64,000 nucleotides of DNA from Oopsacas minuta (taxonomy: Eukaryota > Animalia > Porifera). The notes under the pieces are model-generated. The model was not told the DNA's origin, did not search any database, and saw only the letters and a list, made by a program, of their open reading frames with translations. The stretch spans positions 1 to 64,000 of the forward strand of contig JAKMXF010000316.1 of the NCBI GenBank assembly GCA_024704765.1. Reading direction: 5' to 3'. Positions 50,385 through 63,928 of this stretch are shown piece after piece. Numbering within the stretch: the first letter of the stretch is position 1; each line of letters opens with the position of its first letter. The position numbers and the translations under genes were made by a program.

Positions 50385-52399
50385 GAACCTCAAGACGATA
50401 AAGAGTATTGTGAGTTGGAAAGTTACATATGAAATCCTTTGCTTACTCCTACTGAACTAGTGCTCTGAAACATCTAAAGGTTGGATATATGTTTTAGAAG
50501 GCGGGTTTCATAGGCTAAACTCCATGTTACAGGAGGTGTCGCACAATGGTAGTGTATTCACACCAGTTCTGCAAAGCAAGGTTGCCAACTAGGAGAATGA
50601 AGTAGTAGCCAGAAAGAGCATAGAACCTCAAGAGATTAATTGAAACTAGCGCGCTTCGCTGTTAGGTCTATACGCGACAGCTTAGTTCCTCGATTAGCCT
50701 AAGTATTTAACATGAGTATTTTCTTACCAGCGGATTCAAAAATTCCACTATGACGCATTTAGACGACAAATTTATGCTAGATGATTTGTATGCTCCGTAG
50801 CTATATATTCATTACTTGAATGTTCTTAATCTAAATTTACTAACCATGACTAAAGTCTGGAGGTAAAGTCTATTCCTTCTCAAATCTTAGGAACAGTTAT
50901 ATCAGTATTATGCAACGCTGCAGTTGATTTATTTTGTTACTCAAGGCCTTAATACTTTTAAAATTTTTCAACTATATTTTATTATTTACAACAGTCCAAC
51001 TAACTTTCATACAATGCTCATCATATTTATGATGTTGCGGGATTCAATTTATTTCGTTATCTTCTGATATATACGTGGATCCCGCAATATAATTGATAAA
51101 TGATACTAAATAATTATCAAAATTTACGTACACTATATGTCATACATACTTTATTATTTATAGTACAAATTGGCCGTATAGCTAATTCTTATGTAAAGTA
51201 TGGGCGATAATAACTTTTTCAGAATTATATATGATTAAAAGGATATTGCCACAAATATTTGGGAGATATAAACAAAAACCTAGAACATAATGTGTTGCAA
51301 AATGCTCGCTCAAGATGAAAGAATTCATGTTTATAAGCATGATATGAATTGTACCAACTTTCCTCTTTGCACTGGTATGTTACTTTTCAAAATAGAGCAC
51401 ATACATTTGAGTTAAAGGTGTTTTTGGGGATTTGTATCCGCTAATAAGATAATTCTCGTGTATTCAACAGCTAATTTTCTTAGTACTTTTAGTTGCTATG
51501 GGACGGTGTATCCTCTACACTTTATACTTCGAGTCTATGAAATAGCAGAAATGTAATTTTTGTTAACAATGGCTGATCGAAATTCAATTGAATGGCCTTC
51601 TGCGGTAATAATGGAGGGATACGTGAATTTTTGGTAAGTAATCTGTGGACATGTGCTTCGAGTATTAGGAAATTCTCAAAAATATCGAAAGTAGGAAAAT
51701 TCTGAACTTATGTAAATTCATAATAACGTAATAATCCTATGATGAGTTAGTATTTAGAAAAATCAGGAAGCCAGGACTTTGGGCAGATTGAAGGGTACTT
51801 GTGTTTCAAAATTTCAAACTTCTATCATGTATATCGGCTGAGCAGTGACGAATAACACGTTTTTACGAAATCTCTAAAAGGTAACCATGATGTCCCAATT
51901 TCGTCATATGTGTCAAGAGTCTAACTTGTCCGAGCCAGGTCGGAAATACCCCTAGATGCCAAAATTAGGTCGGGTTTTGTCAATTTTTATTGGGGAATCT
52001 GTTGTTCTTCCTCCCCAAATTAATAGCTTGAAGCGTGATCTATGTAATATAACTCCTGACAGTTCATTGGACCATGGATTACTTAAAGTGCATACGTTGA
52101 ATATGATATGTTGAGATTAATACTATTGCATTTGACAATATTCGTACCAAATGGTAGATAGAAGGTAATCACATTTTACACTACAACAAAAATTGTATGA
52201 ATAAGAAATGCTAGGGCAACAAACAGATGCCAACAGCAAAATCTATAATTATTTGATTTGAATTTGGTGTATTTACAAGCGTTATGTCAGCTTTCAGTTA
52301 ATGTCCTTTTCAACGAATTCATGTACTTCACTTTGTTAGCTAGGATACAGTTGGTTGCTGAAAAATAATCTTCTTTGAGATACTCCATCCTATTGTGTC

Positions 52400-54585
52400 C
52401 CAAGTAGGACATTTGTTTCTCCAAAACTTAGTTTGATTACTCTCGATTACGTGCAATGTCGAGGAATCTAAAATCTTCCGAGATGGACTTGTTAAAAGAG
52501 ATTGAAGAGGCTAGAATCCATTTTGATCTTGGAGTGGACCTTCCACAAAATTACAACCGCTTCAAGTACTGGAGCTGAAGGCCACTCAAGGCCTCCTCAG
52601 TCAATCAAACATATAAATCCATAGACATGATCAGTTAGATCCAATTCGAAATAGTCTCTCACTTTCCAAAACATGGCAAAATGTAACATTTACTGGACAT
52701 ACCTCATCATTCGGTAAATCCCAAAGCGATGTTCGATTTGGTCGTTTTGAAGGAAAGAACTAAGAACAGGGGCAAAACCACAGTTCTTGGTAAGATGGTT
52801 GACTATCCCTTCAAGGACAATACACGAATGGCGAAAACTGGTAATGGTTCGTGGAGTGAGTTTTCAATGGTTTTGGATTAAAGTTCTCCATTCATTAAGC
52901 CATTTTGCAACATCTGAAAGAAATACAAACCGAATGTCATTACTATGCAGTGGCATAGAAAGCTTGTCATTTAGACAGATGCCTTTATTAGGTCTCTTAA
53001 TCTTCCATACCTTACAAATGAGGTTAATGAACTGAGCTGTTCCTGAAACTTGACCATATTTAGAAGCATGGACTCTTAAAGCTACAGCGGTTGAGTTGTC
53101 AATTATTCGAAGTGCTAAATTGACATTCCATCTTTCAAGGCTAGATAGTCAGCAAGATTTGGCTGTTAATCGGTGGGCTGTTTTAGCGACAGAATTTTTG
53201 CTCAAGTTTAAAGAGATTCCGAAGGTCTTGAAATGTTACCTTTAAACTATATTCCCAAGATACGAATGAATGACAGCTAAACGTGTGATTAGAAATAGGG
53301 GATAGTAACTTAAACAGATTCACATTGAGAAGGTAGTTATCTGTACAAATAACTTGAATTTGAAGATTAAAACTTTTTGCATCCTTGATTACTACATGTA
53401 AAATAGGTAGTATTTAAGCAGCAGAAGATTTTGTGCAAAGTAGGAGTTGTACAACTGTAGACCATTTTGCATACCCTTGATATCATAAATGCTAGAACTG
53501 TATGGGCTGCTTCGTTCTGTGTAGTCGAAGAGTGGAGTATTCTCCCACTTATGTAAGAAAAGGGGTCCCCACTTGAGCGAATCCGTATCACAATGTGTAA
53601 AGGTATCCAAAATGAGACTCGGATAAAAGGATGCTTTTTGGTGTTAAAATGTTAAAATAATACACATGTAGGTATCATAGACCAATTTCGCATAAATGGG
53701 AGCTTGTCCATGTCAAAGAAAATTATTTCATCAAATGGCATCTCGGTACGAAACAACAAAAATGTGTCCAGCGTCAAGTTTTCAAATGTTATTATAGATT
53801 TGACATATTAGTATCGGCCATTACTAAGAAACGATGGTTTTGTCGCACTCGAAATTACAATGGCTGCATCTATAGCATAAATGATCAGGGGAACAGCGAT
53901 ATTCAAACTAGAACTCCTCATCGTGAACATTGTATAACAGATTCAGATGCTAAGGTCATTGAAATAGTAGTTTCTGACCTGAAAATTTATTTAACTGTGA
54001 AATAATTGGCTTAATGGATTTCGCTCAAATGAGGGCAAACCGCATGTCGAATACAGTGTTCAACAGGGTGCTTTGTGTATGCAGAAACCTCGCTGATTTA
54101 GGTATCGATTTCTCGAATGTCACTAAGATTGTGTATTGTGAGAGGGATTTGAAAGTTTTGGTAGAAGCATGTAGGTGTTAAGTAGCCATCCATTGAAACA
54201 TATGCTGGTATGTATATGTTTGTCTTTTGAAAGCTTTAGCAAGTTGATAGACGTGTCATCTGAAAACGATTTTACCCAAAAAGAAGGTAGTTCAAATTCT
54301 TCCAGTTTACATTTTAGCCCTCCTAATGATTTGACACCGAACTTAGTATCCTCAGCAATATGTTGATCAAGGCTCTGTTCTAAGGCTTGAAAAACCAATT
54401 TACTCTCGATCTTCCCACGATCTAAACGTTCAGACTTCGGGGTTGGTGAGCTAAGATACTTGTGACAACTGGGAAGAAGACAGGGTATAACCCTCTTATG
54501 TAGAATTAGTCGCGAAAAATTGGTAATGAGCCATCAGTTTAAGACATATCCATTTCAGTGATGACATCTTCTGAACGAAAGTGAT
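52400..54585 (-). mobile_element. P-element / THAP9-like transposase remnant
   Basis: Minus-strand fragments HFRSEDV (THAP-like), AHTVLAFMIS, SSLERWNVNLALRI, TAQFINLICKVWKI and VLSSFLQNDQIEHRFGIYRMM. Many stops; boundaries approximate. Confidence 0.75.
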
Positions 54586-54587
54586 TA

Positions 54588-56514
54588 CAGTACATTCCCG
54601 CTTACCGGGACACCGTCGTAGCGGACATCTTCCCGGAAATTTGGTTCCATCCCACATAAATGCTTCCCTCATACCGAGACGAATCTCGCTTACCGGGACA
54701 CCAAATTCCCCTAGATCTTTGGTATGTACTGATCTCTGTTTTAGTGTTTCACTTTCATGGCCCATAAGTCGCAACCCAAGTACGCTCTACTGACGTATGA
54801 GCAGCACAAGGCAGTTCTAGACATGCTGGAGCAGCCTGGTAGTAGTCATCGCAAGGTGGCTGAGCACTTCGAAGTGGGTAAGAGCTCTATTGAGAGGATA
54901 AAAAAGAACAAGAATGAAGTGCGGCAGGCTGCATTAAAGCTTGGCTCCAAACGCAAGCGCATGAAAGTGGAAGCTAAGTACAAAGAAATCGAGGAGGTGG
55001 TATTGGAATTTCTAAGACTGGCGCGTGAACAAGGTGAGGCGCTCACCGGTCCTATGCTAGACCAATTGGCTGAGGAGAAGGCTCGCGAGCTCGGACTGGA
55101 GGATTTCAAAGCCTCTGAAGGATGGCTATCTCGCCTGAAAGACAGGCACAGGATCTCGGCTAAGGTTGTTTCTGGAGAAGCCAAGGGTGTCAATCTCCTC
55201 ACTGTGGAGAACTGGAAGGATGAGTTTAGGGAGATCATCATGGGTTACAAGGAGGAGGACATTTATAACACTGATGAGACTGGACTATTTTTCAAGACGT
55301 GCTCGAAGAAATCTTTGACGTTCCAGGGTGACACTGCCCATGGCAAAAAGAAGTTCAAAGACAGAGTTACCCTCCTCCTCACCTGCTCATGGTCCGGCGA
55401 AAAGATGAAACCTACCCTGATAGGGAAGAGCGAGAAGCCGAGGGCTCTGAAGGATGCGGATATGAAGAGGATTCCGGTCCACTATCGAGCACAGAAATCT
55501 TCATGGAAGACTGGCCAACTATTCACTGACTTCCTGTAGTGGTTTGACACAGAAGTGGGGAAGAAGGAGCAAAACAGGGAAGTTCTGCTGTTTATGGATA
55601 ATGCCAGTGTGCATAATTCTGCTGCCGATAACGTCCCGTTGAAGCACACCAAGGTTGTGTTCTTCCCCAAAAACACAACGAGCTGTACTCAACCGCTCGA
55701 TGCTCGGGCAATTCAGATTTTCAAGCTGTTGTACAGAAAAAGCCTCTACCATCACGTGCTTTACTAACTCAAGCAGAAGTTCCAGAACGAGAACTCTGAA
55801 GATCCCTACAAGATCATCAGTATTGTACTCGTGATATGCTGGGCCACGAGGGCTTGGAAACAAGTACAGTTGAGGACTATTTCTAGGTGCTTCTCTAAAT
55901 GTGGGTTCATGCGGAACGAGGGTCCAGTAGCCAATTGGCATGCCAGAGGTTACATTGGAGGAGCTTGAGCTACAGGGCATGGAGGTTGCTGATGCCGGGA
56001 TTGTCTTTGCACCTACGAAGACAATCATGCAGGTGGTGGAGGAGGCTATGACGACTGTTGGCAAGGTGAGGGAGGAGGATCCGCAAGAAACCGACTGTGA
56101 GGATGAGTGGCCACACCTGTTCCGTCCTATGCCTCGGCCGCGCAAGCCATCAAAACTCTCCTGCTGTACGCTACGGGTCGAGGTGGTGTGGGAATCCTGA
56201 ACGGATCGGTGGACCTCGATGCCTATGAAGAGCTCGTGCGTGGTCGCAGGGTATCCGAGTTTGTGCGGACCAAGATATCTGCCTTCGCTCCCAAATCCCC
56301 GACGCCTCAGATTATCTTGGATATGATGGATTAGGATTCATTTTCGATGATATATAGTTGAGCAGACATATTACGCAGCTCAGACTTGCTAACTACTATG
56401 TTTGCTGGTTTAGATCTTGCAATAGTGATGTGTTATTTGGAGTGGCGGATACTCCCTCTTACTGGGACACCCTGGCCAAATCCCCGAGGTGTCCCGGTAA
56501 GCGGGAGTGCACTG
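54588..56514 (+). mobile_element. Tigger/pogo transposon, copy 2 (1927 bp, no insertion)
   Basis: TA|CAGTACATTCCCGCTTACCGGGACACC ... GGTGTCCCGGTAAGCGGGAGTGCACTG|TA. The 260-aa ORF is identical to copy 1. Confidence 0.96.
54757..55539 (+). CDS. Truncated Tigger transposase (260 aa), identical to 9151..9933
   Basis: ORF track translations are identical, with the same premature TAG. Confidence 0.85.
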   Translation: MAHKSQPKYALLTYEQHKAVLDMLEQPGSSHRKVAEHFEVGKSSIERIKKNKNEVRQAALKLGSKRKRMKVEAKYKEIEEVVLEFLRLAREQGEALTGPMLDQLAEEKARELGLEDFKASEGWLSRLKDRHRISAKVVSGEAKGVNLLTVENWKDEFREIIMGYKEEDIYNTDETGLFFKTCSKKSLTFQGDTAHGKKKFKDRVTLLLTCSWSGEKMKPTLIGKSEKPRALKDADMKRIPVHYRAQKSSWKTGQLFTDFL

Positions 56515-56829
56515 TAATTAAATCAATAATTATTACTTAACAATGCATTTATTGATTGAAATAAGAATTTTTCATAACAATTGCGAAACTGTTATGACTA
56601 ACTGGACGAAATACTAAAAGAGTTAGAACAAGTAGTTGTTTTATATAAATATAGATTTATAGTGGCTGAAGTTACACGTATTCAATACTGCGCTAGCCTC
56701 ACAGTCGCATTGTTCGTTATAATTTTATTATAATTCATACGTAGAATTAAGATTGGACTTGTGAATATTCGATATATCACAATAGTCCGCTTTCAATATT
56801 CGTTTGTTGTAACAACATAAAATGAGAAG

Positions 56830-57545
56830 TAAGAGAAGAGTTATAAGATGTATGCTTTACGCGATAAATAACAGTTATGCTCATTAGTCCAATGAGGACG
56901 TCTAATATTGTACTAGGCAATGTGAATAATGACATGGCTAGTGGAAAATAATTCTCACAAAATATTAATTTTGTAATATTAATCAAAAAAGTAACAGCGA
57001 CCCCTTGGTTATTAGTGGAAATAGAATGATAAAATATAAAAGAAGGAGCCTGTGAATTTCCAGGCGATTCTGGAAATGAATTATTTTTGAAATTTAATTC
57101 TAAACTGAAATTTCGAAAATACATAAAGCACTACAATTATGCCATTTTAGAACACCATTGTGACTGTATCTCTCAGAATTTACGATTATGGTGACATTGT
57201 GGTAACCGTTCATGTCTCAGCTATCAAATGTCATCACAATATAACAGTTGGAGTTCGATTTTGGATATCAAATATCAATTTGAACTGACTCTACTTTTGT
57301 AAATGATACTCACCTTCCAATATAATTCTGACTTCAACTTTGAATACTTGTATCTCCTCGAGTTTTAGGAATTTTAGGATAAAATTTAATTTACATAAAC
57401 GTCCATGGGTCACAAATATATACACAAAAATTCGGATTCGAATTCTCACTTTTAGGTAGTCTTTTTTAATAGAGAAGCGAGCATACTCGTCATGGCAAAA
57501 TTGATAGGTAAAAGCTAAAAAATATTCAAGAAAATTACATTTATT
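56830..57545 (+). repeat. Second copy of the dispersed repeat at 21950-22550, with ~150 bp extra near its start
   Basis: Direct alignment by eye. Confidence 0.9.
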
Positions 57546-57853
57546 AAACGTCCAACACTCCTCTACCGAATGATATTAATTTCCGGTAAATCTGATGAGT
57601 ACAAGTAGGACAAATTAGTGATTGTACTGGCCCTGGTTGAATATGGTACTAACTTCACAGCCGTGTGCACAACTAACTTTGATTTCAGGTACCATTTGTT
57701 ATGGAAGTGGGTTATCAGAACAGTTCCTTGGCTTCAAAGCCTTTATCGAATATTTCCCCAATTTCGCCCGTTCGTGACAAATATTGCCAATGTGCTCAGA
57801 AAATTTGATGGATGATCTCATAATCATTCAGTATGTTTAGAATGTACTAAGAG

Positions 57854-58124
57854 CAGTGCTTCTCAATCAATGTGCCGAGTACAGCGGCACAATAGTGTTA
57901 CTCAGAACTTTGATAAATCTGCCAACAACATTATTATATTTGTTTAAAATGCATTCAATTTATGCTTAACATCATTATCCACATATATTAGGTATAACTC
58001 TTACAAATCACGACACAACGATTTTACTTATGTTCAATCGACCCTTAATGCCTTTCTTTATGTGCCTTGATATGTATATATAAATAACTAGTGTGAAATA
58101 GTTCGAAAAGGTTGAGAAACATTG
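57854..58124. mobile_element. Charlie-type hAT MITE
   Basis: Termini CAGTGCTTCTCAA / TTGAGAAACATTG. TSD not preserved. Confidence 0.6.
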
Positions 58125-59949
58125 CCTTGGATCTATTGATTAATGTCACTTTGACACCCTTCGGTAGAGAAAAATGAATATTCACTCATATTACCTTGAA
58201 TTTTGTGTTTCTATACACTAAATGTGTATTTGTTAGCTTTGATTTAGATACCTTATCACACCATAGGTTATGATCATACTTATTTCCATATTGACATTTG
58301 CCACACTCTTCCCCTCTCAAAGCAGCTATACAAGAGTATGGGAAGTTGGGTATTCATAAAATTCGTTGATTGAATAACCTATCATTTTCACCTGTTTCTA
58401 TATAAAGAATCACTATCATAAGGTCCGATGGTCCCACTAGAAACAATAATAAGAACACCATATCATAAAATTTTTGATTCAATAAGATATAGTAGAACCT
58501 GTATACACAAACACCTGTATAATCCGACAGTGTTTCTGATCTGAAATAGCTTACAGCTATAAAAATTCATGTGTATAATTTGATAATTTGCTAACCGGAA
58601 AATTTTTATGTCTTAATCAATGCCAAATTTTGCCAGATAAATGCTTACGACAAAATATGTTTTGGGGATAAAGTAGAACCTGCACAAACAGACACGCGTT
58701 GGAACATGAAATCTTTTGACGTTTCAGCAAATTGTTGGATTTTATAGATGAATTTGTATAATCGGAAGCTATTTCGGATCAGAAAAACCATCGGATTATT
58801 GAAGTTTTGGTTTATGCACGTTGCATTGTTTTCTTGAAATAATGCTGTGTCTAAAAATAAGTAATAAATTTCTTAGGAATGCATTGTTTCTGTCACAGAA
58901 TTATTACCACATGGCAGATCAGTTACATAGTAGGTTATGGCTCTAATGTGTAATTGACTATTCGGCACATTTCCACACTTTCCAACTCAATCTAGAGCAA
59001 TTCGTAAAAAGGGCTTAGCTTATTTAAAGTTAATGAATTCATTAAAAGTGATATTATACAGTCATGAATCTGGTATTTGTGTATACTAATCGAAATGTCA
59101 AATTATATTAATATATTTTTTCTATCCATGAAAAGGAATTACGTATAATATCGAAGCTAGTTTAATTTGTTTCCAATCCTAATTGATGGCCTAAAATTAA
59201 ATCGAAGAAATTCAATTTTGGCCTGTAGAGTTACTCGGTAAGTAAGTTAAAGTTGAAAATTTGGTGAGTCTACATGCAACATCTAGAACGATTTCTCGAA
59301 GCTAGATATGTGCTAAGATATCATCAGAAACCACCAATTTAGAATTTTTCATTTCCGAGGTGACATTTTAACGCAGAGATAATGCACTAATTATGCAAAT
59401 TATATCTCAATTATCTCCAAAAGAGGCAGTAAGGATGGGCATGAAGTATACTTTGCAGAAACACACTAACTTAATGCTTGAAATCTATATAGGATTACAT
59501 ATAGAGACTTATCTAAATATTTGACCATATCTAAGAAATTTCGGGCAATTTTTCGCATGTTACGTCTATGGGAAGCCATAAGCTATGTATGTAAATGCAG
59601 CAGAACTATTTTCTAGAAATAGTTCTGTTGCGTGAGATTTTAACTCATTAGTATTATTGGACCAGGGATAGCCTTTCACGTGAGATTTTAACTCAACTAT
59701 ATTAATGCATCATCGGCATTGTGCTAGTTTGAATTTTAACACTGACTTATTGGTTACATTTTCTTACTCCTATTGTAAATAATATGGTAATATACGTATA
59801 TACATTTTCTATCGGTTTACGCAGCTTCGTCAAGTGGGTTTCTTACTACTTTTCCTCCAAAGAAATTTTATAATAGCCCTGTTTCAGGCATTTTATATTG
59901 AATCCCTTCTCCAAGCTAAAAAAGATGTTAGCAGAAGAATACGAAGCTA

Positions 59950-59985
59950 CACAGTGTGGCAAAATGGCCATAATGGGGAAATAGG
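59950..59985 (+). repeat. 3' TIR: CACAGTG + 18-bp spacer + GGGGAAATAGG
   Basis: CACAGTG TGGCAAAATGGCCATAAT GGGGAAATAGG, read directly. Confidence 0.93.
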
Positions 59986-60254
59986 TAAATGAATCTGTAT
60001 TATCACCCCAATTATACTTACATATACTAAATCGACACTGTAGATTTCAAAAATACTAATGATTTTTTAGTAGCACGACTATAAACATAGTTATGACGTA
60101 ATTACTGACATTTTCTAATTTTTAACACTTGTGGTTCATTAGTGAGGAGATGGTGAAGTTGATGATACATGCATGTCATGGTCTCTATTCTGCTATTTGA
60201 TAATGTACAATTTAAAGACCCTTAATTATGTATGACTATTGGATATACTTATTA

Positions 60255-62384
60255 TCATAAATCATCTGATAGTATACTATTATAAAATATCACTTGGAGG
60301 CTATTTGCAACGTCTCTTTTCTTCTTTGCGTGCATCAAACGATTCTGTACTAAGATGGGGTCACTACAACATAACAACCTGACTAAAATATCTCTAACAT
60401 TATTTGTGAAAGAAGTTTTTCTTGCAAGATTCTCCCGATACCGCCTTACAAATTTATTGCAGGATTCTAAACATTCCTCCGAGGGATTCTGTAATCCCTT
60501 ACCATTATTGTAAGCACCTATTAACTGAAACGAATGGGCAAGTAACTTGTGCAAAGATGGAGTGTTGCTTGCCCATGGGTACTCAACTAAAATATATTCA
60601 TACGTTTCTTTGCACAATTCTTGCATTTTGTCACAGTTAATCAAGTCACCACTGTTGAGGAGTCTTAACAAAACAGATAGATTCGTCTGAATCTCTCTAA
60701 TGATATTTTATCTGAAGGATTAATGGAAGAAGTAGCCCACATCAAAAAGTCTCTCTTACTTAAAAAGCAGTCTCGCGCAATGTTACCAGTGGTTGAAGTG
60801 CCGTCCTGGCTTGAAGGGATATCGACACTGAAGTTACATCTTTCCTGGAGTATAGCTCGAACCCGTCTCATGGAAGAATTTACTTTCGAGTTTGATGGCG
60901 CCCATACCTGTGTCCTGCATCAAGATGGTATATCAACAGCATGAACCACCTGAATACACAAAGGTAAGCATGCAAAAGAGACGCAGCTATAATATCGATG
61001 TTAAAAGTTGGTTGATGCATGATACCAACATGTTGATTTGATGGGAGTTTCTAGTAATCTTCTTCCTCAACCTCTTCAAAAAGTTGCCGAGCGTCGCTAA
61101 TGAATCTGTTAATAGGGAAACCAGAATCGGCCCATTCTAAACTTTTAATTTGGCTATCCGTTGCAGTACACCGATGACAAGAAGCCCCACCAGCTCCATC
61201 CAGCATTCCTGCCATCTTGGTATCAAAAAGGGAACAAACTATCTCGACTTGTGCATGGCCTCCAATAAGAGATAACCCATCCTTTATGAAATGGTTTGTT
61301 TGAGGATTGGCTATTGTATTTATGATAAGCTTTATACTAGAATAATCTTCTTTCAAAGCTATCAGTGCTACTGGCCTAAAGAAGAACGGAGAGTTGGGTG
61401 AGCTGTTATAGAACACGTCATTTCCAAGTGTGTCTGTAATTGGTGTTACTTTGAGTCCGGACAAAATGAAAGTTTTTGTGTTTAATACAGAATTGTTGCT
61501 TTGTTGGTTATAGGTTTGATGACAACCGGAGCCATCCAATCCATCAGATATCTTAATTTTGAGTGGGTAGTGTGAATCAGGAACTGGGTCTAATGTTGAA
61601 AGCAAGCGTTGAATGGTCAGACTAAGGATGGAATGATAAGAGACGCAAGTACCAATTGACAATGCTTCGGGGTCTCTAACTATTTCCATTTCATATGTTA
61701 GGCTTATTTCCCTACGATATTGCGAGACAAGCTTGTAGGAAGGAAGCTTGACATCAACTTTGAGAATTCTTTTCAGATTCGTGTATTTACTCGCCCCAAT
61801 TTCTAAACTGTCCAATATGTAAGCACATTTAGAGATTTGTACTTTGTTCAATACACCGCTAAAAGAACCCCTATCAATTATTTCTCTGCACATGTCTGAA
61901 GTATCACGGTAATAGGATTTATTTTAGACTGATTCTAAAGCTAGAGCGAGTAGTTGTTTAGGCTCAATCTTTTCTCTCTCTGCTAAAAAGTCCACATGCT
62001 CTAAAAGAACACCAAGTCTTGATCTGGAAGTCTTCATGTGACATTCGAGAATATGCTTCCGGGATTCAGTTACAATCTGTTCTGAAAAGTTTCGATTTTC
62101 AGAATCAGTGACTAAAGAAAATTCAGGATCAAGCGATATTCTCTTTCTTGGATTGGATATTGTTAGATGAGTAGAGTGGAAAATCATGTTGCCCATGTTT
62201 CAAGATCCTTCCTGCGGTAAGCCTCTCTGGATGTTAGAAGTGATTTAAATTTTAAATCGAGAGTAGCAGTTTCTTCATCGGATAAATGGTTGTTCTCAAT
62301 AAGCTTCCTAACAGAGACTGTAACACTTCTTCCATTCGAAATATACAAATCATATGCCTCATTATTCGTGATTAGTACAGACAT
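60255..62384 (-). pseudogene. Transib/RAG1-like transposase pseudogene
   Basis: ORFs 62184..62393, 61924..62196, 61051..61893, 60665..60871 and 60255..60671 are colinear pieces of one protein. Confidence 0.9.
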
Positions 62385-62881
62385 GATCCGCAAAAAGGCT
62401 ACTTTAACATAGAAACATTTTGATATGTGATTGTAGGGTATTGGAATAACTAATAACCAGCAAAATATAGAATTTTACTGAAAAAATTTAAATCGTGTAA
62501 AAATATATTTTTCGGATTTTTGTCCGATCTGGACAATGAATGACGTGATAAATTTTTGGGCAGCTTTTCACAAGCCTGGAAATTGATTAAATAGTTGACT
62601 AAATATAGCAACATTACGTATATATTAACAACGTTTTGTCAAATTTTGTCAAACAAGAGATGCTACACTTCAATCAATGAGAAAAATTCCATATTATAAC
62701 TTTGGGAGGGCCAAACTAGACACCCGGAAAAAGTACAAATGAATATCTAGACTAACCTATCAATGATTAAATTGTTGTTATAATATAGATTTATTATAAG
62801 ATGTTTTTCACTCTTATATTTAGTATTTACATCAATTATGATTACATACATTAGGGCATAGGAATTTGCGGTTTGAACATA

Positions 62882-63793
62882 CAGTCAAGGGACAAAAGTA
62901 TTCGACCACACAAATATAGTCATAAATTGTATACTCTTTCCCGCTCCTATATATTGTGTAGTCTATATTCGTAGCTGCAATCTAGTAATTTCCATAGAAT
63001 AACATATGTTTTTCAAGAATTTCAAAAAAATATTTTCGATTTACACTTTTTGAAGGTGTTAATTGTCAATAATTATTAGATAATTATTGATAATCAAATA
63101 TGTGGTAATTCAAAGCCTATTAAGAATCTATAATTTTTGACTTGATATTTGAATTCTACGTAGGCGAGTTACCCCAGATTGAAATTTCCAATCGAATTGA
63201 ACAGCTTTTACCAAAGTTATAGAAGAATTCCAATTTGTGCCATTTGTGCCACCTTTTGCCCAAGGTGGCACAAGTGGCCGCTACCAAGGAGTTATTTTGT
63301 AATTCAAGGGTTAGCATAGTCATATCATTCGAAAATAGTACTTTGACTTATTCCTCCTAACCCTAGTTGATTTCCTTGTAGTGCCGCTTTTTCCTGCCAC
63401 CTGTGCCACTTTTTCAAAGAGTGGCACAAGTGGGACAAATTGAAATTCTTCTATAACTTTAGTAAAAGTTGTTCAATTCGATTGGAAATTTCAATCTGGG
63501 GTAACTCGCCTACGTAGAATTCAAATATCAAGTCAGAAATTATAGATTCTTAATAGGCTTTGAATTACCACATATTTGATTATCAATAATTATCTAATAA
63601 TTATTCATAATTAACACCTTCAGAAAGTGTAAATCGAAAATATATTTTTGAAATTCTTGAAAAACATACGTTATTCTATGGAAATTACTAGATTGCAGCT
63701 ACGAATATAGACTACACAATATATAGGAGCGGGAAAGAGTATACAATTTATGACAATATATTTGTGTGGTCGAATACTTTTGTCCCTTGACTG
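62882..63793. mobile_element. Long-inverted-arm Tc1-type MITE, copy 2
   Basis: TA|CAGTCAAGGGACAAAAGTATTCGACC ... GGTCGAATACTTTTGTCCCTTGACTG|TA. Homologous to 29516-30415. Confidence 0.95.
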
Positions 63794-63928
63794 TATATAT
63801 ATCTATTATCAGAAACACATAACAAAGTTGTGCGTAGTTAGGATTCCTAACTGCTTTTAATGCTGCCAATGATATTTTCGTACTAATAGAATTCGAAAAA
63901 TGCATTGAAATATGTTTGTTAAAATATG

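Noticed and set aside
59957-59985. Possible canonical RSS nonamer (ACAAAAACC) or ProtoRAG-type GCCAWCTTG motif in the TIR
   Set aside because: No ACAAAAACC is present. A GCCATTTTG occurs only on the opposite strand, 3 bp from the heptamer, so it is not equated with either motif.
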